From Candidatus Marinacidobacterales bacterium (lineage in GTDB: Bacteria; Acidobacteriota; Vicinamibacteria; Marinacidobacterales; DATDRI01), in the NCBI GenBank assembly GCA_965226495.1, contig OZ245365.1:1632001-1696000 (forward strand): 64,000 nucleotides of DNA, read 5' to 3'. The notes under the pieces are model-generated. The model searched no databases. It had not been told where the DNA came from and was given only the letters and a program-made list of their open reading frames with translations. Of this stretch, positions 49,006 to 57,481 are shown piece by piece (position 1 is the stretch's first letter; each line of letters begins with the position of its first letter). A program made the position numbers and the translations under genes.

Positions 49006-49571
49006 TACTCGACCATCCCGGTCTCGAACTCTTCGTCCAGAAGCGATTCGACGCGATAGGCGAGATAGGGGTCGATGCCTTCGAGCACCGCGGTCACCAC
49101 CCCATCGGCGTTGAGGAGGATCGTAGTGGGGACGACGTGCACACGATGGCGCGCCGCAACGACACCGTCGGGGTCGAGGAGGACCGGAAACGACACCGGT
49201 CTTTCGTTAAGAAAATCCCGGATGGTATCTTCGGTGTCTCCCACGTTGACCGCGAGAATCTGGACCCCCTCGTCCTGATATTCCTCATAGAGTCTTTGAA
49301 GCTGCAGCAGCTCCATACGGCAGGGCGTAAACCAGGTTGCCCAGTAGTTGACGACGATGACCACATGATCGGAGACCTCTTTCGCAAGCGCGACCTCGCC
49401 GCCATCGAGCTCCGGCAGCGCGAAATCAGGAGGAGCCTCTCCACGAGGGAGGGAGTCTTGGAAGCCTTGAAGTGCTTCGACCTGCCTCACGTCGGTCTTT
49501 ACCTTGAAACTGAACGCAGCCACAGCGGCAAAGAAGACGAATACGAAGGCGCCGATCGCGTAAGGCTTCAT
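49002..49571 (-). CDS. TlpA/ResA-like thioredoxin with atypical F-T-P-C active site
   Basis: APDFAL, VNYWATW-F-TPCR.E, FPVLLD and VPTTILL motifs. Confidence 0.85.
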   Translation of the reverse strand: MKPYAIGAFVFVFFAAVAAFSFKVKTDVRQVEALQGFQDSLPRGEAPPDFALPELDGGEVALAKEVSDHVVIVVNYWATWFTPCRMELLQLQRLYEEYQDEGVQILAVNVGDTEDTIRDFLNERPVSFPVLLDPDGVVAARHRVHVVPTTILLNADGVVTAVLEGIDPYLAYRVESLLDEEFETGMVEY

Positions 49572-49859
49572 GTGCTGGCCTCTGCTAAAGGGAAAACGGT
49601 GCTGTCGTCATCCTAGGGCAGGCGAATCGGCCTGTCAAAACACCGGGAAGAGATGTGTTCTCAGTGGAAGCGGCTTGGTCGTCCGAAGTCTCTTCGACCT
49701 GACGATTTGAAAAGCCGACGCCCGCGCCCTACAATCGCCCAAAGGGGTCTCGCGGCGATATCCACATATCCAGACCCACCGGACGCGGAGTATCCCGGAC
49801 GGGAGACAACGCATCATGTCCAACACGAATGGGGTCAGCTACATGAACAACGACACCCA

Positions 49860-49934
49860 CGCTGCATTATCCAATACACGAGCCGGCTTGGATGTGCTAT
49901 CGAATAATCCAGATCTAGATACTTACTGTTGGGC
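49860..49934 (+). other. Probable attI-like integron site (core GTTGGGC at 49928)
   Basis: GTTGGGC is the exact complement of the R'' GCCCAAC of the first attC; upstream DNA is AT-rich and lacks an attC hairpin. Confidence 0.55.
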
Positions 49935-49952
49935 GGATTCGTGAGGTCTTAG

Positions 49953-50504
49953 GTGGTAGGCCCTGACAGCCGTGTTGCGATTTGGAACACCTACTTCAAG
50001 CTCGCCTGGGAGCAGGCCAAGGCGGTGCACGAGTTATCGACCGGTCACTCAAGTAAGGACACCTTCAGGCCCTGGGGTGGCACGCTTCCCGATGGCGAGC
50101 CGGAAGTATTGGCGGTGGTCGTGTTCTGTACCCTAGCGATCGAAGCGCGCGCCAATCACCTGATCGAGGAACTAATCGAGGCTGGTAAGATATCCAAAGA
50201 TACTGGGCGGGCAGCGCGTTGGTTGCCACCAAGAGAGAGGTGGTTCCTCCTCCCAGCGCTCGCGGGTTCCAGCGCTCAACTTGACTCGACCGCTGGTCCT
50301 CACCAAGCTGTGGCTCAAGTTTGCGAGTTACGTAACGATTTCCTGCACGTCAACTACGCAGCTCTTTCTGCAAAGCTGCCGACCGCCACCACAGTGCTGA
50401 GCTACTTTCAACGTGTCGTGGAGGCGTTTGAGGATATGAACGTGTTGCTGGGACGTATCGAGTCGCCGCGCGCGGAAGTTCTTCGGCTCGGGCGGTTCAA
50501 ATGA
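49953..50504 (+). CDS. Gene cassette 1: HEPN-like protein
   Basis: Helical protein with LAIEA and RNDFLH (Rx4H); bounded by GTTGGGC and attC. Confidence 0.7.
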   Translation: MVGPDSRVAIWNTYFKLAWEQAKAVHELSTGHSSKDTFRPWGGTLPDGEPEVLAVVVFCTLAIEARANHLIEELIEAGKISKDTGRAARWLPPRERWFLLPALAGSSAQLDSTAGPHQAVAQVCELRNDFLHVNYAALSAKLPTATTVLSYFQRVVEAFEDMNVLLGRIESPRAEVLRLGRFK

Positions 50505-50511
50505 GGCCACC

Positions 50512-50646
50512 GCCCAACACGCCGTTGGAGCGGACGATCGGCGCCAGCGCTGCTTGGCTGGTGCGCTTCGGCAGGTATTGTCGTAGCATGTTATTAAAGG
50601 AAGGGCTAAGGGTGGCACCGCTCGCCGCTCAACGGCCCTGTTGAGT
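50512..50646 (+). other. attC site (MITE inserted at its R' GTT)
   Basis: R'' GCCCAAC; L'' GTTG[G]AGCGG[A]CGA pairs with L' TCGCCGCTCAAC leaving two extrahelical bases; R' GTT at 50640. Confidence 0.88.
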
Positions 50647-50761
50647 CTGTAGGAAAACCTCAAAGGGGGTGAATAGATGACCCTATTTCGTCACGAGAGG
50701 CCGCCTTCGAGTGCGAGATCAGGCCATCTAGAGCAGGGCTTCAGGGTTTTCCTACAGACTC
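50643..50761. mobile_element. 119-bp MITE with perfect 17-bp TIRs and GTT target duplication
   Basis: GAGTCTGTAGGAAAACC ... GGTTTTCCTACAGACTC flanked by GTT (50640-42) and GTT (50762-64); no ORF. Confidence 0.88.
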
Positions 50762-50848
50762 GTTAGGCCGACGGAAATCTGCAGACTTGTTGTTTGGCGA
50801 GGACGGTCGTTGCGCAAGCTGTCGCTCTAGCTCTAATCTTAGGGAACG

Positions 50849-51780
50849 ATGACAACATACAAGCGCCAGCACACCGTTCCGGTTAGCTATCAGCGCAGCT
50901 TCTCGACCGATCGTGCAAAGAGGAATCGCAGCTCGAAGGTCTACAAGTTCTCCAAGGCTGATGCCTGTTGGACCGGACCGGTTCGTGCGGAGAAGCAGTG
51001 CTGGGCCTCCGACTTCTACTCAGCGGCTGATCGCGAAAAGAGCGAGAAGGAGCTCCAAGTCATCGAAGACGACTACGCGAAGTGGAGCGAGAAGGTCTAC
51101 CAGCAAGGCTTCGCTTCTCTTACCGAAGAAGAGGTCTACAACCTTGCGCTCACCGTGCTGGCGCTCTTCGCACGCAACCCGGTTCACCGACACACGGGTG
51201 TCCTCCCGGAGGAGCGGAATCGCGTAGCAGCCCGATACGAGGCAGTCAGCGTTCTGGTAGCCGCAGAGTACGCGGAAGCAATTAAGGAGGGTGTTTCCGA
51301 GGAAATCCGCCGCGAGCGTCAGGACGAGATTCAGCGTCGCTGGTCACTGCATGAAGTTCGCGCCGCTGCCGGCAGCTCCTTCATCTACACGGACTCACCG
51401 GTGGTCCCCTGTTTTATTGGCACGACCGGCGCTCGCACTCTTGCGTTTATCATGCCGTTCGACGCAGAAGCGGTGTGGATTTACGCGGACGAGGGCGTTC
51501 ATGTCGGCGCCACCACAGCGACCGAGGATGATGTCGATAAGATCAACAGCTCTTGGCCGCCCACGCGATCGACGTAGTGTTTGCGAGCAGCGAAATCGAT
51601 CCAGGTCCAATCCGAGCGGGATTTGCTTCGCCCTTCGACATCAAGAGCGAGATCAACACGGAGGGATGGAGTTTTGAACCCTATCGCCTCACTGACATCC
51701 CTTGGCTTTCTGTTGCGCCAGGTACACCGGGCTCACCTCAGTCGAGAGTTCGCGTTAAGGCGCGTTCTAAGCTTGTGTGA
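50849..51780 (+). pseudogene. Gene cassette 2: DUF4238-like protein, apparently frameshifted near 51551
   Basis: KRQHTVP.SYQRSF N-terminus and FIYTDSPV; DVDKINS continues as LAAHAIDVVFAS in frame 51553. Confidence 0.65.
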
Positions 51781-51796
51781 CGCGGAAGTCTGGCGC

Positions 51797-52811
51797 TGTA
51801 GTGTCCTGAGTCTTTGGTTACACACTGAGTCCTGTTTTCTGTCTAAGGCGTTCATACGGGGTCTGGCCGTCTAAGCCTCCATGAGGTCGATGGTAGTTAT
51901 AGTACTTCTCCCACTCGCTCAGTTTTGCATTGAATAGGTGAATGTCGTCGCTGACCCCGTCCTTGTCTAGAAGCTGGTAAAACTCTTGGTCGTCGGTGCG
52001 ATGAGAGCGTTCGACCTTGCCGTTCAATCGAGGGGTCCGGGGCGTGATGTATACGTGGGATATGTCTTTGTCCTGAAGGTGCCAGTGAAACCTCGACTGG
52101 AATTCAGCACCGTTGTCGGTTTGTATGACGTGAATTCTGAAGGGTAATCGGTGGATGACTTCATCGATGAACTGAATGGCCGTCTTTTGACTGCAGGCAT
52201 CGAATATCTTCAAGACCCGTATCCTTGTACAGTCGTCTACGGCCGTGAACTGATAGAGCCTTCTCCGGGTGCCTGGTATTCTCTCCAGGAACTTTACATC
52301 GACCTGCAGCCTATGGCCAGGCTGGCGTTTCTCGTACCGCTTCCAGCGCTTGGTGTGAGCGCGATGCTTCTGGTTTGCGGGCAATCGACTTAGGCCATTG
52401 CGTTCCAGGACTCGGTGAACCGTGGAGCCGGCGATTTTTATCTGATGATATCGATGCAGATAGGAAGCGATTCTCGCCGGCCCAAAGTGGTAGTTCTGCC
52501 GCAAGTAGAGAATCTTGCTGACCGTCTCTTTGGGAGTCTCGTGGGGGCAATTCTTGGGCCTTCTTGGTCTATCACAGAGGCTTGCTTCACCATGGGCCGC
52601 GTACCGAGAAAGCCATTTGTAGAAAGTCGTCCGCGAGATCCCGAAATATCTACAAGTTTTTGAGACATTGTGAGTTGTTTCGCCTGCGTGACGAATGACC
52701 TTCATCCGCCAATTTACCAGTCGCTGTCGTTCCGTCTTCTTCATAGTTGCACTGCCTCTCTGTAGCGCTTAAAAGAAGACTAGTGTGTCACCTATGTCCT
52801 TGGGTTTTACA
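51797..52811 (-). mobile_element. IS481-family insertion sequence (1015 bp)
   Basis: TGT...ACA ends with imperfect IRs TGTAGTGTCCTGAGTCTTTGGTTACAC / TGTAAAACCCAAGGACATAGGTGACAC; single transposase ORF. Confidence 0.9.
51818..52744 (-). CDS. IS481-family transposase
   Basis: CRYFGISRTTFYKW HTH; QVDVK, AVDDCTR, TDNGAEF, NGKVER and YNYHRPH DDE core. Confidence 0.93.
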   Translation of the reverse strand: MKKTERQRLVNWRMKVIRHAGETTHNVSKTCRYFGISRTTFYKWLSRYAAHGEASLCDRPRRPKNCPHETPKETVSKILYLRQNYHFGPARIASYLHRYHQIKIAGSTVHRVLERNGLSRLPANQKHRAHTKRWKRYEKRQPGHRLQVDVKFLERIPGTRRRLYQFTAVDDCTRIRVLKIFDACSQKTAIQFIDEVIHRLPFRIHVIQTDNGAEFQSRFHWHLQDKDISHVYITPRTPRLNGKVERSHRTDDQEFYQLLDKDGVSDDIHLFNAKLSEWEKYYNYHRPHGGLDGQTPYERLRQKTGLSV

Positions 52812-52818
52812 CAGGGCC

Positions 52819-52936
52819 GTCTAACGACTACATGCAGCAGACGGCCGGGTTTATGGAATCAGCAGTTCGCTTCGCGGTCATGCTTGGTGCTCGGGCCGCA
52901 GCTGATGCGCGCTGCTCGCCGGCTTAGGTCTTAGAC
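52819..52936 (+). other. Degenerate attC site
   Basis: GTCTAAC, ATGCAGCAGACGGCC ... GGCCGCAGCTGATG; R' eroded (CTTAGAC at 52930). Confidence 0.7.
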
Positions 52937-52951
52937 ACCGAGGAGACGATT

Positions 52952-53464
52952 GTGGACCATGGGCGCACGTTGAGAGTTCAGCGACGATGTTCTTTGGATT
53001 GGGACGATCTTCCAGGAGACGAAGGCGCTCGTTACTGCGATCGGTGTAAAACAGTCGTCCACGATCTTGACGCAATGTCTGTCTCAGAGGTTCAGGTCCT
53101 TTTGAAGGAGCATCCGGACGGTTTCTGCGGAACGTTCGTGAGGCCTCGAGGCGAAGGTTTCGTCGTACCCGGTTCGTCGGGTCGCCGATTGGCCTCAGTC
53201 CCCAAGGGAGGAATGGCAGCAGTCGTCCTAGCGTCTGTGCTGTCAGGTTGCTCGGATGAGACCAAAGAGTTGCAAGCGCCAGCCCAGATTGTTGCACCTG
53301 ATTCACTGCCGGCCAGCGGAGCTGGGCAGGACGCCAGCGAACCGGGATCAGGTTCTCAAGATGAGGTGCGGCGACGCTCGTCACGGCCGGTCGGGTGGTC
53401 GGAGGAAGAATGGAAGAATAAAATGGAGTTGCTTCGGTCTCTTGGGTACGTGGCACCGGAGTGA
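52952..53464 (+). CDS. Cassette-like hypothetical protein with N-terminal C..W..L.G....R.C..C...VHD domain
   Basis: Cys/Trp pattern read directly; follows attC. Confidence 0.65.
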   Translation: MDHGRTLRVQRRCSLDWDDLPGDEGARYCDRCKTVVHDLDAMSVSEVQVLLKEHPDGFCGTFVRPRGEGFVVPGSSGRRLASVPKGGMAAVVLASVLSGCSDETKELQAPAQIVAPDSLPASGAGQDASEPGSGSQDEVRRRSSRPVGWSEEEWKNKMELLRSLGYVAPE

Positions 53465-53517
53465 GTCGGCTTGCCGGCTAATTACGGTTGAACGGACGCA
53501 AAGGCTAGCGTGATTTT

Positions 53518-53841
53518 TTGAAGGAGGAACAGGAGTTCGAAGGCGTCTACGTGGCGCATTGGGAGGTATCGCGGTTCATTGTGCAAGCTGGGAAAGGCCT
53601 ATTTGGGTTATGGCAGCGGATCGAAAAATGGTGCCCGTCGTTCCCAGAAACGTTCGTCTTGCCCGAGAAAGCAGGCGAAGTCGTGGAACCCCGAGGCCCG
53701 GCGCGGTACTTCCGGATGCGTGTTCGTGGCCGACTCGGTCCAAAGGGGTCATTTGGCCACAGGGGAATATGCAATCGAGAACTCGTTATCTCCGAGGTCC
53801 TCGACTGTGAGGAAACATCCACGCCCGGGAAGACGTGGTGA
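53518..53841 (+). CDS. Cassette-like hypothetical protein
   Basis: 107 aa; followed by attC left-arm remnant GTCCAAC-AACACGCTGAAGCTGA at 53866. Confidence 0.6.
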   Translation: MKEEQEFEGVYVAHWEVSRFIVQAGKGLFGLWQRIEKWCPSFPETFVLPEKAGEVVEPRGPARYFRMRVRGRLGPKGSFGHRGICNRELVISEVLDCEETSTPGKTW

Positions 53842-53922
53842 CGTCGGTCTTGTGGCAATCGAGCCGTCCAACAACACGCTGAAGCTGAGTCGCGGCGCAT
53901 GGCTGAGGTTTAACGGCTAGAC

Positions 53923-54246
53923 ATGAGTTTCCGGGAAATTTTGAGTAGGCCACCCGCTTGGGTGGTTATCTCGGTGGCGGCCTTTCTTGGCACGAGTGCC
54001 CATTGGTTGCGAGACTTCGAACGGATCGACTCGTGTCTAGACTCGGGTCACGTTTACAACTACGTGAACGAGGTTTGCGACACGGAGGGACTGACGTACC
54101 CGGTCATCCCATACGGGGAGCGGCACCCCAAAATCATTTCACTAGGTATGGCGGCCGGCCTGTTGGGCGTTGTCGGGGCGGCCATCGCTAGCATCGGCGC
54201 CCGGCGGTTTTCCGACGCCCTCGTTGGGCAACGGCATCGGAGATGA
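53923..54246 (+). CDS. Hypothetical membrane protein
   Basis: Two TMs flanking D.CLDSG....Y....C; ATGA overlap with the next gene. Confidence 0.6.
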   Translation: MSFREILSRPPAWVVISVAAFLGTSAHWLRDFERIDSCLDSGHVYNYVNEVCDTEGLTYPVIPYGERHPKIISLGMAAGLLGVVGAAIASIGARRFSDALVGQRHRR

Positions 54247-55085
54247 AATTAGCAACACGGATCGTTGCATTCCTAATGCTGGCGTCGCTCGGACTGGGCT
54301 CGTGGGCGTTCTGGCTCGAGCCTTCCAGTCTTCGCAACGAAGACCACGAGATCGGTCTCCCGGCATGGCCGGAACAATGTGATGATTTTCGCATCGCCAT
54401 CCTCGCCGACCTCCACGTCGGGTCTCCCTACAACGGGCTCGTTAAGCTTGCTGAGATCGTAGAGCTGACTCAGCGCGCGGACCCGGATCTCGTTCTCCTT
54501 TTGGGGGACTTCGTCATTCACGGGGTCATTGGGGGCAGCTTCGTCTCGCCGGAAGACTCGGCTCGCGAATTGGCGCGGTTGGCGGCTCCGGCTGGCGTGT
54601 TCGCGGTCCTTGGCAATCATGACTGGTGGTTCGATGCGGCGCGGGTTCGTAATGCGCTTGAAGCCGAGGGAATTCCTGTTCTCGAAGACGCGTCTCGAGA
54701 GATCGGCGTAGCTGGCTGTCGTTTCTGGCTCGCCGGCGTCGGCGATCTATGGGAAGGGGCCCACGACATCGGTGCGGCGCTGTCCGGGATTCCCGCGGGC
54801 GATCCGACGATCCTTTTCACTCACAACCCCGACCTCTTCCCGGACGTGCCATCCAGAGTTTCGCTCACGGTCGCGGGGCATACCCATGGCGGGCAGGTCT
54901 ACATCCCCGGAATTGGACGGCCGATCGTCCCTTCCAAGTTTGGGGAGCGTTTTGCGAGCGGCCACATCGTCGAAAACAGTCGGCACCTCTTTGTCAGCTC
55001 GGGGGTCGGCACGAGTATTCTTCCGGTTAGGTTTCTGGTGCCGCCCGAGGTCTCGGTCGTTAGACTCCGCGCAGGCGGCAGCTAG
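54243..55085 (+). CDS. Membrane-anchored metallophosphoesterase (YkuE-like)
   Basis: ADLH, GDF, LGNHD, HNPD, AGHTHGGQ and SSGVG motifs. Confidence 0.9.
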   Translation: MKLATRIVAFLMLASLGLGSWAFWLEPSSLRNEDHEIGLPAWPEQCDDFRIAILADLHVGSPYNGLVKLAEIVELTQRADPDLVLLLGDFVIHGVIGGSFVSPEDSARELARLAAPAGVFAVLGNHDWWFDAARVRNALEAEGIPVLEDASREIGVAGCRFWLAGVGDLWEGAHDIGAALSGIPAGDPTILFTHNPDLFPDVPSRVSLTVAGHTHGGQVYIPGIGRPIVPSKFGERFASGHIVENSRHLFVSSGVGTSILPVRFLVPPEVSVVRLRAGGS

Positions 55086-55117
55086 CCGATGGCAGACAGA
55101 GGGCGGAGACCACAATC

Positions 55118-55417
55118 ATGAAGGCGTTGTTGCGCATCGCGACTGCGTTCACTCCGTTGGCCCTGGCACCGGTATTCGGGTATCTCATTGCCGAAGGCTT
55201 CGTAAACCTTGGAGGAGGGGAGAAGGATCTGCTCTGGATGTTCCCGTGGCTTCTCTGGTCATTGGTGTTCGCGGTGAGCGCCTTGGTTCTCTGGCGTCGA
55301 GGTTGGTCGCTCCGGCAGGCGCTCGTTCGCTCGGCGATGGTGGGCTTTTCGGTAATTCTTCTTGCGGCGGGGCTTCTGGCTATTTTCAGCCAGTTGGGAG
55401 TTGCGGGCCGATTTTGA
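55118..55417 (+). CDS. Hypothetical membrane protein
   Basis: Three TMs, GGGEKD loop, GGAG RBS. Confidence 0.65.
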   Translation: MKALLRIATAFTPLALAPVFGYLIAEGFVNLGGGEKDLLWMFPWLLWSLVFAVSALVLWRRGWSLRQALVRSAMVGFSVILLAAGLLAIFSQLGVAGRF

Positions 55418-55507
55418 GCCCATGATAAACGCGGAGGGACGGCATACTCAATAGAGCACTAGAGCACTATCTGCGAGAATACGAAGAATCGTTGAACCCC
55501 TGACCCG

Positions 55508-56035
55508 TTGGTGAAGACGGCTAGGCAAGCAAGGGGGCGGTACGTTCAGATGACTCACGAGAATCAGCGGAAGCCAGTGCCGCCTGTTTTCGCAGGCCGC
55601 GTGGATCATGGATGTGGCTGTCCGCTGGGATTCATACTAGGGATGGGTTGCGTATTGTTGGGAATGCGTCACTACGGATGGCCGCCTTGGGTGGCCTTGC
55701 TTCTTTTTCTACCTGCGGGCGCTTTGAGCGGGGCGATTGTCTCGTTGGTGTTCGACGGGCTCGGCTACCCAATTCGGTATGTGATGTACCGGAACAAGTT
55801 GTCCTCGTTCCAACGCAGCCAGGAAAAGAAGAAGCGGCAATCGGGTTTTTCTCCCATCGAACTTCCAGTCGCGTTGGTGTTGTTCGGTCTGGTGGCGGCG
55901 GGCCTTCTCTATATCTTCACGAACGGATTCCCTTGGTACTACTACCTATTTGTCGTGGTCGGGCCAATCCTTTTGATCTTTGGCTCGCTTTTCGTCATGG
56001 GAATCATCGCTGCGCTTTTTCGGAGTGAAGACTAG
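55508..56035 (+). CDS. Hypothetical membrane protein (start may be ATG 55550)
   Basis: Four hydrophobic segments; ends 5 nt before the ATP-grasp gene. Confidence 0.55.
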   Translation: MVKTARQARGRYVQMTHENQRKPVPPVFAGRVDHGCGCPLGFILGMGCVLLGMRHYGWPPWVALLLFLPAGALSGAIVSLVFDGLGYPIRYVMYRNKLSSFQRSQEKKKRQSGFSPIELPVALVLFGLVAAGLLYIFTNGFPWYYYLFVVVGPILLIFGSLFVMGIIAALFRSED

Positions 56036-56040
56036 AGTCG

Positions 56041-57450
56041 ATGACCGTTCGCTGGGCTCATGCACGCGCCGCCATTCGGCCGATCGGGGAGAGGCTCGGC
56101 CTAGAAGAGAAGCTCGCGCCCTACTGGGATCGCACCTGGACCGGGGAGTTAGAGAATCGACCCACGCTTTACCTCGATGACGTATCCGAAATTCCGTTCT
56201 TAGATGAGATTTCAGGAGTTGAAGAATACCAGCACCGTGCTCGGGCACGGGCCGGGGAAGGCGACCTATTTGCGACCGTCAGTCAGCCGGTCGCCGGCTA
56301 TGAGGAGTATTGCCGTGAGCGGCTTCAGCTTGGCGCTCCAGAGGGGATCGTGGCCGATGTCGTGACGAGTCCCATCGCCGTGACCCGGGCGTGCAGCGAG
56401 GGTGCGGCCTTTCAACGTCTCGTCGAATCTGCTCGTTCGGCCGGGCTTGTCATCCATCCGTACATGAGCATCGAGCCGGTCTGGGAATTAGCCGGCCGCA
56501 TTCGAGATGAAACGGGAAATGCCGTGACCGTTATCGGGCCGCCCCCACCGATAACAGAACTGGCTAATGACAAGGCGCTCTTCAGCGAAGTCGTCGTCGC
56601 CGTGCTCGGCGAGCAGTGGTTAGTCGATACGCGCATGACGACGAACCCCACCAAGCTTGCGAACCATCTCCTCGAACTCGCGGAAACTCATCGGCTCGTC
56701 GCTCTCAAACGTGCCCGGTGCGCTTCCGGAATGGGGAACTTGGTTTTGGAGGCGCGCGCCCTTACCGGGAGGAGCGCCTCCGCCGTGGAGAAGGACGTGC
56801 GTTCTTTCCTAGAGCGCACGCAATGGGATGGCGAGGAAACGGTGCTCGCAGTCGGTTGGGAACAAACGAACGTCACGCCCTCGACGCAGTTGTGGCTTCC
56901 GCCGGTTGGCGATGGCGCGCCGCAGCTAGATGGAATCTACGAACAAATTCTGGCACCCGGGACGAGTGTATTCATGGGCAGTCGGCCGTCGACCCTTTCG
57001 ACGGCGCTCAATCGCCGCATCGGGAATGCGTCGCTCGAGATCGCGACAGCCTTCCAAGACCTGGGGTATGTGGGAAGGTGCTCCTTCGATCTACTAGTTG
57101 TGGGTGATCCCGAGGGCGATTGCCGAGTGCGGTTTGTCGAGTGTAACGGCCGCTGGGGGGGCACGAGCATCCCCATGCACCTCGTGGACCGCCTGGTGGG
57201 GACTCCTCGGCCGCCGTACCGCGCGCAGGATTTCGTCCACTCGGATTTGGTCGGCAGCGCTTTCCAGGATGTCCTCGATCGCGTCGGCGACTCGCTCTAT
57301 GATGCGGAAACTCGTCGCGGCCGGTTTATCGTCTATAATGTGGGCCCGTTGGCCGGCTCGGGCAAAATCGACGTCATCGCCATCGGTGAAACGCCGCAAC
57401 AGGCGGAGAGTGCTTTGGAGGATGAGCTTCCGGAACTTCTCGGCTTTTGA
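56041..57450 (+). CDS. ATP-grasp protein with pre-ATP-grasp domain (PGM1-like peptide ligase family)
   Basis: ANDKALF, LKRARCASGMGN, EQIL...FMG, YVGRCSFD and ECNGRWGG (ExNxR) motifs. Confidence 0.75.
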   Translation: MTVRWAHARAAIRPIGERLGLEEKLAPYWDRTWTGELENRPTLYLDDVSEIPFLDEISGVEEYQHRARARAGEGDLFATVSQPVAGYEEYCRERLQLGAPEGIVADVVTSPIAVTRACSEGAAFQRLVESARSAGLVIHPYMSIEPVWELAGRIRDETGNAVTVIGPPPPITELANDKALFSEVVVAVLGEQWLVDTRMTTNPTKLANHLLELAETHRLVALKRARCASGMGNLVLEARALTGRSASAVEKDVRSFLERTQWDGEETVLAVGWEQTNVTPSTQLWLPPVGDGAPQLDGIYEQILAPGTSVFMGSRPSTLSTALNRRIGNASLEIATAFQDLGYVGRCSFDLLVVGDPEGDCRVRFVECNGRWGGTSIPMHLVDRLVGTPRPPYRAQDFVHSDLVGSAFQDVLDRVGDSLYDAETRRGRFIVYNVGPLAGSGKIDVIAIGETPQQAESALEDELPELLGF

Positions 57451-57481
57451 GCTCGGCGGCGTTTGAAGGAGGAGCATCTTC

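Noticed and set aside
49635-49826. 63-aa minus-strand ORF as an intI remnant
   Set aside because: Position fits, but no tyrosine-recombinase or IntI motif is recognisable; a tblastn search would be needed.
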